From Phycisphaerae bacterium (GTDB lineage: Bacteria > Planctomycetota > Phycisphaerae > UBA1845 > Fen-1342), in assembly GCA_050115495.1 (NCBI GenBank), contig JASFQK010000007.1, positions 100,680 through 164,679 of the forward strand: 64,000 bases of DNA, read 5' to 3'. Of this stretch, positions 20,553-30,089 are shown one piece after another. Numbering within the stretch: position 1 is the first letter of the stretch; the number at the start of each line of letters is the position of its first letter. A program made the translations under genes and the position numbers. The notes under the pieces are model-generated. The model was not told the origin of the DNA, did no database searches, and saw only the letters and a list, made by a program, of their open reading frames with translations.

Positions 20553-21389
20553 TTACTGGTTCGGCCGATCCGCCGTCTTGGGCCTCGTCTCGTCCCAGGC
20601 GAAGTGCTCTTTCAGCAGCACCGGCATCAGCTTCTGCAGCAGCGGCCCCATCGCCGCCACCACTTCCTCCCGCCCCGCCGGCCGCAGCGCCTGTCGTGGA
20701 TTCGTCGGATCGTCCGTGAAGCTCACCTCGATCTTCGCGTAGTACGCGTAGCGCTCGAACGGATTGGCCATCAGGAAGCGCACGCCGTTACGCGTCGTCT
20801 TGTATTCCCCGTTCGTCTGGAAAAAGTAGGCCACCGCCGGCGTATCCCCACGCTGCCGCGAGCGGAACTCCAGCACGCGCACCGGGATCTCGTCGTTCGG
20901 CGCCCCCACGCCCCGCACCGAAACCTGCACCGTCTCCGGCGTGCCGACCTGGTCGTACCCGCCGGCGAGCCAGCACTCGTCCGGCACGTGCGGCACCATG
21001 TCCGGCTGACCCGTGTAGTACGTCACGAACACGTTCGCCACGCACGCCGGATCCTCCGGCGCACACCGCGTGTCCACCAGCCGTATCTGGACGTACTCCT
21101 CGGTGCCGATGGCCTGCACCATCTCTTCCTTCATCGCGGGAGGCTGTATCAGGTGCGGCCGGTATTCCGGCGCCAGCAGCGAGACGTCCAGCTCGCGCAG
21201 GCTGCGCTTCAGCGGCACGGCCTCCTTGCGGAAGTACTGCCCCAGCGACTTGGCCACGATCTGCATGCCCGCCGCCGACACGACCAGAATCAGCACGCAC
21301 GTATAGAAGCGGGCGCTGGCCGGGCCGCGGCGCGCCGGCGCCGCCGCCCCGCTCGCCGTTGCTCTCGCTGTAGTCGACGAACTGCTCAT
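20553..21389 (-). CDS. exosortase-associated EpsI-like protein
   Basis: single TM; VTYYTGQ..PHVPDECWLAGG motif (EpsI-like HxPxxC); directly downstream of exosortase. Confidence 0.8.
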   Translation of the reverse strand: MSSSSTTARATASGAAAPARRGPASARFYTCVLILVVSAAGMQIVAKSLGQYFRKEAVPLKRSLRELDVSLLAPEYRPHLIQPPAMKEEMVQAIGTEEYVQIRLVDTRCAPEDPACVANVFVTYYTGQPDMVPHVPDECWLAGGYDQVGTPETVQVSVRGVGAPNDEIPVRVLEFRSRQRGDTPAVAYFFQTNGEYKTTRNGVRFLMANPFERYAYYAKIEVSFTDDPTNPRQALRPAGREEVVAAMGPLLQKLMPVLLKEHFAWDETRPKTADRPNQ

Positions 21390-21429
21390 CATCCGTTCCC
21401 CGGCAAGCCCGGCTTCGCGGGCCGCCGCT

Positions 21430-22380
21430 TCACGCCTCCGGCGCCTCCGGTGCTTCGGGCTCGCGGTCCTCCACGACGATGTTGTTCATCAGCCAGCTCA
21501 GGCCCAGGAACATCAGCGTCGCCAGCAGGATCACCACCAACCCCAGCGCCGTGTGATAGGGCCCCTCGGCGTACATCGGATCCACGTAGATGTGCAGCCA
21601 GCACGTCACCGTCACGCGGATGGCGTTGCAGAACGTGGCGATCGGCACGCACGCCGCCAGCAGCAGCACCCGCTGCCACCAGGGCCGCACCGTCATGAAG
21701 GCCACCGCCGTGCCGAGAGCGCACAGCACCATCGTGCTGCGCATGCCGCTGCACGCGTCGCTGACCGACAGCGGCGTCAGCGGTTTTCCGTTGAGCACCG
21801 GGTGAATCATGATCCCCATGGGCTCGATATCCAGCCCCGGCAGCATCTCCAGCACACCGCAGGCCACCTTCGCCGCCAGCCGCTGCAGCGGATCCGTCAT
21901 GAAGAAGTAGTAGCGCCGCGGTATCGGAATGGCGAAAAACAGGTACAGCCACGGCAGCCACGCGTACCGCATCACCGGCAGCCCGCACAGGAAGATCACC
22001 ACGCCCAGCAGGCATACCATCATCGCCACCGGCCGGGCATAGCCGATCATCAGCCCCCACAGCGACCACTGGTACAGCGCCAGCCCCACCAGCATGATCA
22101 CCAGTCCGACCCACGTCCCACGGATCGGCGACCGCCGCACGTCGTCCCACCGCAGGTACAGCAGGTACGCGCTGAACAGCGGAATAATCGGCCCATGCGA
22201 CCAGTCGGACTCGTGCACCCACCGATGCACCACCTCGCCCAGCCCCCCCGCCGGTATGAAATCCAACAACTGCCAGAACGTCGCGACGAACGCCGCCCCG
22301 ACGACGGCCGCCTTGATCTGCGACGTGCGGTCGAAGTTGATCGACCAGCCCGCCCGTGCTACAGGACGGTCCGCTGCCAT
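21430..22380 (-). CDS. exosortase (EpsH/XrtA-like transpeptidase)
   Basis: multi-TM; WSHGPIIP, FAIPIP, catalytic VSDACSGMRS (Cys), NAIRV (Arg), YHTALG (His). Confidence 0.93.
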   Translation of the reverse strand: MAADRPVARAGWSINFDRTSQIKAAVVGAAFVATFWQLLDFIPAGGLGEVVHRWVHESDWSHGPIIPLFSAYLLYLRWDDVRRSPIRGTWVGLVIMLVGLALYQWSLWGLMIGYARPVAMMVCLLGVVIFLCGLPVMRYAWLPWLYLFFAIPIPRRYYFFMTDPLQRLAAKVACGVLEMLPGLDIEPMGIMIHPVLNGKPLTPLSVSDACSGMRSTMVLCALGTAVAFMTVRPWWQRVLLLAACVPIATFCNAIRVTVTCWLHIYVDPMYAEGPYHTALGLVVILLATLMFLGLSWLMNNIVVEDREPEAPEAPEA

Positions 22381-22400
22381 CGTCCATCCGCCTCCGGTCC

Positions 22401-23972
22401 CTAGAACGGCAACCCACGCTGCGCCGCCCGCTGCTGCGCCAGCGTCTCCGGGTTCTGCCGCCCGTAGTAGGCGTCCTTGTCCGCAAAGTTGCGGTCGTAC
22501 ACGAACCCGAACCCATACGTGAACCGGAACGAGTTGCGAATGACGAACAGGAACGGCGAAACGAAGTGCGTACCCACGTTGACAATGTCGTCGTCCCGCA
22601 GATACACGTCCTCCGCCAGGCCGGCGAAGATCGCGTCCAGATTCACCGGTATCGTCAACTGCTTGTCCGTCCCCCGCTCGTGCCGGATGATCTCGCATCG
22701 CATCGGGAAGGCGAACGGCCCCAACCCGCCCGTCATCGCGATCGCCTGCTTGATCGTGATGTCACGCCCGCTGAACGCGTACACGCCCGGCCGCGCCACT
22801 TCACCCATCATGTAGAACAGGCCCGTATCCACGGGCACGTTGATCACGTCCTTTTCCCGCACCACGATGTTGTAGCGCGGATCCCCCGCCAACAGCGCCG
22901 ACACATTGATCTCAATGACCCGCTGCTCCAGCTCCAGCTCCGGAACATCCTCCCACTCGAACGGCTGCTCCAGATCCTCGACGTTCCACGTCTCGCCAGC
23001 CGGTGGCTTCTCGCCCTCGGCGACCGGTGGCCGATCCGGCGGACCCACGTCCACCAGCTCGCCCGTCTGAGGATCGAATACGAGCGGCCGCATCGGCGGC
23101 TCCACGCCCGTCTCGGTCGGCTCACCCGCAGGCTGTGTCGCCTGTCCTGGAGCAATAATCTCTTCCAATGCCGCCCGATCCGCCGCCTGCTCTTCCTCCG
23201 GCGGCGGCTCACGGTCACCCAGCCCCACGCTCGTGGAGAACTCCGCCGGGGAATCCTCGTCCTCCGTCGGCGGTGGAATGACCAGTCCGTCCGGCAGCGA
23301 TTCGCGCTCCGGGGCCATGTACGCCGCCGGCTCCGCAAACCGCGGATTCCGCCGAATCACGTACAACCGCGGCACGTTCGACCCGATGTCGCGCACCATG
23401 CCGATCACGTCCAGCAAACGCATGTCCGGGTCTGTGATCGGATACACCCCCGCTTGCCCCACGGCGCCACGCACGGTGAACACGTTCTGCCGCTTGCCCA
23501 CGGCGAAAACCTGCACTTCCGGCTTCGGCAGCAGCTCTGCATCCGCCAGCCGCGCCGTCAGCTCCTCTTCGAGCTGCTGCTCGGTCAGGCCCGTCACACG
23601 GACCGTCCCCAACAGCGGAACGCGCAGGTTTCCGCTCGGCGTCACCTCGGCCTGCACCTGTTCCGGCACACCCGGCGCCCGCAGATCCTGAATCACCACC
23701 AACAGCACGTCCCCCGGAGCAATCCGGTAGTCGTCGTAGATGGGAACCAGGTCCTCTTCGGTGGGATCCGTCGCATTCGGCAATCCCGGCGGCGCATCGC
23801 GCTCCGTCAGGATTCGGCGAATACCCTGCTCGTGGTACTTCGACGGGAATTGCCCCACCTTCGTCGGGTCCAGGAAGCCGTTCAGAATGGCGCAGCCGCC
23901 CAGCAGGGGCAGCAGCAGGCACGCGGTCAGCGCCGGCCAGGCCGTTCCACCGAGCCCTCGCCCAAGAACCAT
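22401..23972 (-). CDS. wza: polysaccharide export lipoprotein (Wza/SLBB domains)
   Basis: lipobox LLGG-C; YRIAPGDVL, GNLRVPLLGTV..GLT, GAVGQAGVY, GEVARPGVY, LRDDDIVNV. Confidence 0.9.
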   Translation of the reverse strand: MVLGRGLGGTAWPALTACLLLPLLGGCAILNGFLDPTKVGQFPSKYHEQGIRRILTERDAPPGLPNATDPTEEDLVPIYDDYRIAPGDVLLVVIQDLRAPGVPEQVQAEVTPSGNLRVPLLGTVRVTGLTEQQLEEELTARLADAELLPKPEVQVFAVGKRQNVFTVRGAVGQAGVYPITDPDMRLLDVIGMVRDIGSNVPRLYVIRRNPRFAEPAAYMAPERESLPDGLVIPPPTEDEDSPAEFSTSVGLGDREPPPEEEQAADRAALEEIIAPGQATQPAGEPTETGVEPPMRPLVFDPQTGELVDVGPPDRPPVAEGEKPPAGETWNVEDLEQPFEWEDVPELELEQRVIEINVSALLAGDPRYNIVVREKDVINVPVDTGLFYMMGEVARPGVYAFSGRDITIKQAIAMTGGLGPFAFPMRCEIIRHERGTDKQLTIPVNLDAIFAGLAEDVYLRDDDIVNVGTHFVSPFLFVIRNSFRFTYGFGFVYDRNFADKDAYYGRQNPETLAQQRAAQRGLPF

Positions 23973-24079
23973 TTCACACTCCTCGCCAGCTACCCCGACC
24001 GGAGTCGATACTCCCAGCCGGACGATCCCGCAATTCTCGGCGGGGGTGGCACTTACACAACCCGCGGACCGAACTCGTG

Positions 24080-24109
24080 AATGTAACCAGCGCCGATGGC
24101 GCGTGTCAA
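24080..24109 (-). promoter_or_regulatory. putative sigma70 promoter of wza operon
   Basis: minus strand TTGACA-N18-TACATT. Confidence 0.5.
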
Positions 24110-24214
24110 ACCTCTGCGACAGCGCCCGATCGTAGGTCCAATACTGAACTTACGCCGCGGCCCCCGATCGGGTTCGCCGACACGCCGGGTAGACAAGCCC
24201 CGGCTCGTGGAATG

Positions 24215-24243
24215 TTATCGGCATCTAGCCCGGCCCGGCTTGC
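24215..24243 (-). promoter_or_regulatory. putative sigma28/WhiG-like promoter of wza operon
   Basis: minus strand GCAAG-N16-GCCGATAA. Confidence 0.5.
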
Positions 24244-24390
24244 GGTTTGTTGACCGCTCCCGGACCGCCTCCCCCGTCCCGCCGGCACGCCCCGCCTTTT
24301 GCTCGACCACCCTCCCCTCGACACCCGATAGGAACGATGACCCTGGCCAGCCGGCACGAGCCGTCGCTGTGAGCCGACCGGGGCGACCAG

Positions 24391-25110
24391 ATGCCCATGA
24401 CGACCCTGCCCACCATTCCGGAAACCGCCAGCCGCGTCCTGATCCTCGGCGCGGGCGGCCAGGGCCGCGTCGTCCTCGACGTCCTCCTCCAGGGCAGCCT
24501 CTACCACGTGGTCGGCTTCCTCGACAACAACCCCGCCATCCAGGGCCGACGCGTCGACGGTATCCCCGTCTACGGCGGCATCGACGAGCTGCCCCGCCTG
24601 GCCGGCGAGCTCGACGTCCGCGGTGTTATCGTGGCCATCGGCGACAACGGGGCCCGCCGCGGCCTCGCCCGCCGGATCGAGTCCGCCGGCATCGACCTCA
24701 TCAGCGCCGTCCACCCGTCAGCGACGCTGGCCCGCAACGCCACCATCGGCAAGAACGTTGTAATTGCTGCTGGCGTCGTGGTTTGCGCTCATTGCCAAAT
24801 CGGCGATTCCGTCATCCTCAACACCGGCTGCATCATCGACCATCAGACCATGATCGGCGAAGGCAGCCACATCTGCCCCGGCGTTCGGCTGGCCGGCCGC
24901 GTCAAGGTCGAGCCCGGCACGTTTGTCGGCATCGGGGCGACCGTGATTCCGAACGTCACCCTCGGCTGCGAGTGCATCGTCGGGGCTGGCGCTGTCGTCA
25001 TCGAGGATGTCCCCGCCATGTCCACGGTCGTCGGCGTACCCGCCCGCCAGGTCAAACTGGCCTCAGCTTCCGAGGACGTCGCCGCCATGCTCCTCCCCGC
25101 CCGCCCCTGA
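24391..25110 (+). CDS. sugar O/N-acetyltransferase, NeuD/PglD family
   Basis: ILGAGGQG, VAIGDN, VHPSA, hexapeptide repeats, IDH, VGVPAR. Confidence 0.9.
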   Translation: MPMTTLPTIPETASRVLILGAGGQGRVVLDVLLQGSLYHVVGFLDNNPAIQGRRVDGIPVYGGIDELPRLAGELDVRGVIVAIGDNGARRGLARRIESAGIDLISAVHPSATLARNATIGKNVVIAAGVVVCAHCQIGDSVILNTGCIIDHQTMIGEGSHICPGVRLAGRVKVEPGTFVGIGATVIPNVTLGCECIVGAGAVVIEDVPAMSTVVGVPARQVKLASASEDVAAMLLPARP

Positions 25111-26832
25111 CCCCGCCTTCACGGCATCGTCCCCACGCGTCGGCGACGGCCCGCCCTGGAGCAACCGCGCCAGAACCGGACTCCGCGAATCGACCGGCCG
25201 GATCAGCACCCCCGCCACAGCTTTCTGAATACCCGCCAGCTCGGTCGCGTACCGACCGGCGTCCTCGGCGGCGACGCCGACCGCCGCCTCAAGCTGCTCC
25301 CCCAGTACGTCGAGACCGCTCCCGAACCCTGCCCGCAGTGCCGCCAGTACGGCCCGCTCCAACGACGGCCGCAACAGCCGATCCACCACGAACGGCAGCG
25401 CCCACGCCACCACCACGAGCAGCACGCTCTGCACCGCGAAATTCACGCCCAGGAACTCGCCCTGCCCGGTCGTCGCTCGGGCGTAGCCGATCACCACGTT
25501 GTACGCCACGACCGCCAGCGCCACCGTCGGCAGGAACGCCATCAGGAATCCCGTCGCCCGCCGGGCCAGCCGAGCCAGCACGTGCCCCGGCCGCGCCAGC
25601 GCCAGCCGGACCTGGTTCTCCAGCTCCGCCGTCACCATCGCCCGGGCCCCCGCTCCGACCTCATCCAACCGCTGCCGCAGCGCCCCGGCCCGCACGCCAT
25701 GCCGCGCCGCAGCGATCTCCGCCGCATCGAGGCAGCCCGCAACTTTGCCGTCGCTCCAGTCGTCCCAAAGCGCGCCGGTCAGCGCGGACAGCTCCTCCAC
25801 TTGTGGAGCCGGCTCGTCACCGTCGGCTTGCTTCCGCTTCGCCGGCCGCCCGTCGCCCCACGCCCGGCCGAGTTGCCGCAGCAACCCCTCTTCGCGGACG
25901 GCGAAGCGCGCCGCCACCGCCTGCATGCCCCAGCCGGCACCTTCGAGAAGCTGCTGCCGCGCCGCCTGCCACCGGCTCGACAGCGCCCCGCGAATGTCCG
26001 TCCACGTCTCTTCACCACCCAACCGATGTTGCATGTCGTCGAGCAGTTCGCGCAATTCCCGCACCCGGGCCCGATGACCCAGCCGCGTCAGCTCGCGCAC
26101 AACATGCGCTTCGAGCAGCTCGCGCACCGCCGTCCGAATCTGATCAAACTCGTCCGGCGTCGGCAGCGCCGCTTCCGTGCAGCACGTGCAATACAGCAAC
26201 GGTTCGTCAAAGCCCGCCGAGCGCAGCATCCCGCGGAAATCTTCGCGCTGCCGCGGATCGCCCTCGTCCCAGCGGTTCATCGCGAACATCCAGCCGTGCC
26301 GGTGCCCGCGCTCACGCAGCACGCGCCAGCCGATGTCGTCGCGATAGCGCTCGGGGCTCACTACGTAGCACAGCAGATCGACGTGCGGCATCCAGGCCAG
26401 GGCGCAGCGCCGATTCTCCTCTTCGGTGCTGTCGATGTCCGGGGCGTCGATCCACATCACTTCGCGCAGCCCCGGGCTGTCGTGCCGCCGGACGCGCACG
26501 CGCTCGACCGGCAGCCCCGCCGGCAGATCCGCCAGCTCGACCGACTCGTGCACGTACACCGTCACGTCGCGCGACGTCGGCCGCTCGACGCCCACCTCGG
26601 CGATGCGCCCGCCGGCCAGCCGATTCAGCAGGCTGCTCTTGCCCACGCCCGTTCCGCCGAACAGGGCCACGACCAGCGGCCGCAATTCGCCCGTCGCGAA
26701 CAAATCCGCCGGCGTCGCGCGTTCGAGCCCGGCGAATCGCCGGCGATCCGCCTCGTCGAGCCAGCCCGCCTCCGCGGCCGACTCGAACCAGGCGCTCGCC
26801 CGCTGCACGACCTCGCCGTACGCCTCAGCCAT
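25063..26832 (-). CDS. dynamin-like/TRAFAC GTPase with C-terminal membrane hairpin (GTPase 2)
   Basis: G1 GGTGVGKS, G2 RPTS, G3 DAPD, G4 NRWD; helical stalk; two hydrophobic segments near C-terminus. Confidence 0.85.
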   Translation of the reverse strand: MAEAYGEVVQRASAWFESAAEAGWLDEADRRRFAGLERATPADLFATGELRPLVVALFGGTGVGKSSLLNRLAGGRIAEVGVERPTSRDVTVYVHESVELADLPAGLPVERVRVRRHDSPGLREVMWIDAPDIDSTEEENRRCALAWMPHVDLLCYVVSPERYRDDIGWRVLRERGHRHGWMFAMNRWDEGDPRQREDFRGMLRSAGFDEPLLYCTCCTEAALPTPDEFDQIRTAVRELLEAHVVRELTRLGHRARVRELRELLDDMQHRLGGEETWTDIRGALSSRWQAARQQLLEGAGWGMQAVAARFAVREEGLLRQLGRAWGDGRPAKRKQADGDEPAPQVEELSALTGALWDDWSDGKVAGCLDAAEIAAARHGVRAGALRQRLDEVGAGARAMVTAELENQVRLALARPGHVLARLARRATGFLMAFLPTVALAVVAYNVVIGYARATTGQGEFLGVNFAVQSVLLVVVAWALPFVVDRLLRPSLERAVLAALRAGFGSGLDVLGEQLEAAVGVAAEDAGRYATELAGIQKAVAGVLIRPVDSRSPVLARLLQGGPSPTRGDDAVKAGSGAGGEEHGGDVLGS

Positions 26833-28657
26833 CGCTCTGCCCCTCCCATTGCCGCAGGGCCCGCGTGGCCTGCTCCAGGCGCTCGGCGGAAACGCCGATC
26901 AATTCTGCCTCGTCGAGCCCCTCGGCCAGCGCCCGCAGCCGCCGCCCGAGCACCGGCTCCAGCAGCGTGCGCTCCACCGCCTCACGCTGGCGTTTCTTCA
27001 GGTCGCGTGCCGCCCCCGACATCTGCAAGCCGGCGAAACCCTCCACCAGGAGCGAGCTCAGTGCGAACGTCGCCGGCGCCCACAACGCGTCCACCAGCGA
27101 CAGTCCGCCCGTCTTCACCGCCAACACCAGCGCCCCCACGTCGAGCGTCGCCCGCGCTCCGCGCAAGGCCAACAACCGCCCCGGCTCCCGCTGCAACTGC
27201 CCGTACAACGCCTCGGCCACGGCCCGCACTTCGCGGTTCACTTCGGCGTGGTGCGCCGACAATGCATCGCTGAACTCCGCCCGCAGGCGCGTCTCTTCCG
27301 CCTGCAACCTGCGCCCCAGCGCCCGCCACACGGCCCCGCCCGGCCCGCCATCCGCCGACCGCCGAGCCACGTCGCGCACCAGGCCCGTCAGCAGGGCGTC
27401 GAGCCCGTCGGCCAGCACGGCCTCTTCGGCCCCGTGATGCTGCGCCGCCGGCAGACCCGCTTTCCGTCGCGACGCACGCCACTGCCGCCCCGTCTGCCAG
27501 AGCTGCCGCATCGGCCACGTCACCGCCTGCCGCGCTTTCGACACCCATCCACTGAACTTCGGAATCTCCAGCAGTTGCAGCAACTCGATCGCCGCCCGGC
27601 GGAACGCGTCGTAGCGATGCGGATGTTCCAGGTAGTCCCGGCGGTAGTGTGCCTCGAACTCCTCCAGACCGGCATCGACGCGTTGCGACCACGCCGCCAG
27701 CGCTGCATGTTCAGCTTGCACGGGCGCGCACCAGTTCTCCCAGTGCACCGCAACAAACGCCCGCACGCCCGTTTCGCTTCGCCGCGCCCCGTTCAGCCGC
27801 TCGCCCACCGTCGTCACGAGCGGTCGCACCACGGCTGGATCCACGGCCCCCGCCATCACCGGCAGGCCATACGCCAGCGGCACGAGCGGCACCTCGCCCC
27901 AACCTCCCGCCTGCTCCGCCACCCGTCGACGGAGCGCTTCGAGCACGACCTCCGCCGAGTCCGTCGTCAGCTTGTTCAGCACGATCACCAGCGGCCGGCC
28001 CAACGGTTCGAGCAACCGCAACATCTTCCACACGGACAGATCCGAGTATTTCTCCTTGCTCAGCACGAGCAGGTATGCGTCGGCCAGCGCCGCCGTCTCC
28101 AGCACCGCCCGCTGATACCGCCCCGCCGACAATGAGTCGAAATCGGGCGTATCCCACACGACGCACGGCGGCAGCTCCGGCGCGGCCCCGTCTGCACAGA
28201 GCGTGAACGGCCGTTCCACCTGGTGAAGTGCGAACGCCTCCAGCCGCTCACGGTCCAGCTCTTCCGGCGCGGTCGGCGTCCAGCCGGGGAACAGCATCCC
28301 ACGCCACGCGGCGCCATCGTCCGCCAATCCAGCGCAGAAACCCTGCGCATGCACCGTGAAACCGGCCAGCGGGCTGACCTCGGCGGCGTCCGCCCCGAGC
28401 AGCAGGTTAACGATGGTGCTCTTGCCAACCTGTGTCGGCCCGATAACCGCCAGATGGGCAGGTTCCCCGGCTGCCCCCGATCTGAGCCGAATCGCCGGCT
28501 CCGCCAGCGCCAGCGACGTCAGGAGGTCATCGAGACCGGCGGCTGTCGGCTCCGCATCGCGTCGCCGTTCGTACCGCGTCGCCAGGTCGCGCACAAACGC
28601 GCGCACCACCTCCGCGGCGTCGGCCTCTGTCGAATGTTGTGGATCAGCCGGACTCAC
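26825..28657 (-). CDS. dynamin-like/TRAFAC GTPase (GTPase 1)
   Basis: G1 GPTQVGKS, G2 GFT, G3 DTPD, G4 NKL; helical C-terminus; start (GTG 28657) uncertain. Confidence 0.85.
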   Translation of the reverse strand: MSPADPQHSTEADAAEVVRAFVRDLATRYERRRDAEPTAAGLDDLLTSLALAEPAIRLRSGAAGEPAHLAVIGPTQVGKSTIVNLLLGADAAEVSPLAGFTVHAQGFCAGLADDGAAWRGMLFPGWTPTAPEELDRERLEAFALHQVERPFTLCADGAAPELPPCVVWDTPDFDSLSAGRYQRAVLETAALADAYLLVLSKEKYSDLSVWKMLRLLEPLGRPLVIVLNKLTTDSAEVVLEALRRRVAEQAGGWGEVPLVPLAYGLPVMAGAVDPAVVRPLVTTVGERLNGARRSETGVRAFVAVHWENWCAPVQAEHAALAAWSQRVDAGLEEFEAHYRRDYLEHPHRYDAFRRAAIELLQLLEIPKFSGWVSKARQAVTWPMRQLWQTGRQWRASRRKAGLPAAQHHGAEEAVLADGLDALLTGLVRDVARRSADGGPGGAVWRALGRRLQAEETRLRAEFSDALSAHHAEVNREVRAVAEALYGQLQREPGRLLALRGARATLDVGALVLAVKTGGLSLVDALWAPATFALSSLLVEGFAGLQMSGAARDLKKRQREAVERTLLEPVLGRRLRALAEGLDEAELIGVSAERLEQATRALRQWEGQSDG

Positions 28658-28777
28658 GGAAGCGTATTCTGCGCGAACCGCCCGACCTTCGACAGCCGCC
28701 CCACAGGCACGATTGAAGGAGAAGCCCGTCGCCGCCGCCGCCCCACAAGGACGAATGACGCCGGTCGAAGGCCGCCC

Positions 28778-28876
28778 ACCGCGATCGACCCCACGTACGC
28801 CAACAGATTTGGTCCTCGGTGCCGGCGGCAGGAGATGGCCGCGAACCGCAATCGACCCCACGTACGCCAACAGATT
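28778..28876. repeat. 32-bp direct repeat x2 separated by 35 bp
   Basis: ACCGC(G/A)ATCGACCCCACGTACGCCAACAGATT at 28778-28809 and 28845-28876. Confidence 0.85.
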
Positions 28877-28968
28877 AGTCCCGAAGGGACGGCTGATTGT
28901 AGCCCAGCACGCAGTGCTGGGATCCGCGACCCGCCCTCCCTCCCTTAGTCCCGTTAGGGACGACTGAA
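28877..28968. repeat. REP-like triple-hairpin element
   Basis: AGTCCCGAAGGGACG, CCCAGCACGCAGTGCTGGG, AGTCCCGTTAGGGACGACTGAA. Confidence 0.7.
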
Positions 28969-29052
28969 CGCCCCGCCACGCAGCCGTCGTGATTGCCACC
29001 GCCCGGCCGTCTTCCTATACTCCCGGGACCGCCAACGTGCAGGAGTGCGACG

Positions 29053-29274
29053 GTGCCCATATACGAATACCGCTGCGAAGCCTGCGGCCGAACGTTCGAA
29101 CAGCTCGTGCGCTCCGCCCGGGCTGAACGCGACGTCCGCTGCTCCCATTGCGGCGCCGATCGCCCTGTGCGACAGATGAGCGTCATCGCTTCGCCGCGGT
29201 CGGCGGAGTCGCGTCCGGCTGCCCCCGGTTGCGGCCAGTGTTGCCGTGCTGACGGCACGTGCCCCTACAACTAA
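29053..29274 (+). CDS. FmdB family zinc-ribbon protein
   Basis: (M)PIYEYRCEACG..CSHCG, C-terminal CGQCC..CP; AGGAG RBS at 29041. Confidence 0.9.
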   Translation: MPIYEYRCEACGRTFEQLVRSARAERDVRCSHCGADRPVRQMSVIASPRSAESRPAAPGCGQCCRADGTCPYN

Positions 29275-29297
29275 CGAAAGAGAAACCGATACCCACC

Positions 29298-29807
29298 ATG
29301 GCCCGCGCCGAAAACAAGACCGGACTCATGATCCAGGCCGGCGTCCTCACCTGGATTCTCCCCGGCCTCGGCCACTACCGGCTCGGCCACCGCGGCCTGG
29401 CCCTCACCTTCTTCCTGGCCATCAGCTTCCCCTACTGGACCGGCCTCGCCTTCGGCGGCATCAAGAATAGCGTCAACCCCTGGAGCAACCGCTGGCTCTT
29501 CATCGCCGAGCTCGGCACCGGCGGCTACACCACGGTGAACCTCTTCATCAACCGCCACCTCGGCAACTTCCCCCCGCAGCTCCTGGCCGATCCGAAGTAC
29601 CTCAATAAGGTCGAGGACGACGCGGAGCGCAAACGCCTGCTCCAGTACATAAGCTACTACCCCGAGTCCGACGTCGCCCAGATCTACCTGGCCACCGCCG
29701 GCCTCCTCAACATCCTCGCCATCCTCGACGCCCTCACCCGGGCGCAGACGGGCGGCCTGCCCACCTTCCACCGCGAACTCGCCGCCGCGCGGGAGGAGCA
29801 CGGATGA
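29298..29807 (+). CDS. membrane protein, DUF6677-like
   Basis: LTWILPGLGHY..G and AGLLNILAILDA motifs. Confidence 0.75.
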   Translation: MARAENKTGLMIQAGVLTWILPGLGHYRLGHRGLALTFFLAISFPYWTGLAFGGIKNSVNPWSNRWLFIAELGTGGYTTVNLFINRHLGNFPPQLLADPKYLNKVEDDAERKRLLQYISYYPESDVAQIYLATAGLLNILAILDALTRAQTGGLPTFHRELAAAREEHG

Positions 29808-30058
29808 CCGCCGCCCTGCTCTCGCTGCTGGCGTGGATCCCCTTCGTCCACCCGCTGAAGCTCCCGCCGGGAGCGCGGCTGTGGATGGTCCTGCCGCTGG
29901 TCCTGTGCGTGGCGGTCGTCTATCGCGCCACGCGGGCCCGCTCCGTCCGCGACCTGCCCAAGGCGACGGTGTGGACCTTCGTCAACATCATCGTCGGCAT
30001 GGTCGCTATCGCGGTGGCCTTCTACCTCGTCCACCACGCCGCCATCGCTCTGCTCTGA
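29804..30058 (+). CDS. small membrane protein
   Basis: hydrophobic; LPLVLCVAVVYRATR; ATGA overlap with upstream gene. Confidence 0.75.
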   Translation: MTAALLSLLAWIPFVHPLKLPPGARLWMVLPLVLCVAVVYRATRARSVRDLPKATVWTFVNIIVGMVAIAVAFYLVHHAAIALL

Positions 30059-30089
30059 TTGCCCCCTTCGCGAACCCCGCCCCGTGCGA

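Noticed and set aside
21389..22585. 398-aa alternative-frame ORF over the exosortase
   Set aside because: Low-complexity Gly/Arg/Ala translation; the other frame has the full exosortase triad.
24096..27437. 1113-aa plus-strand ORF
   Set aside because: Pro/Arg/Ala-rich shadow frame overlapping the acetyltransferase and antisense to the GTPases; typical high-GC artefact.
28778..28876. Mini CRISPR array (32-bp repeats, 35-bp spacer)
   Set aside because: Only two repeats, no cas genes, no AT-rich leader and no typical repeat terminus; kept only as a direct repeat.
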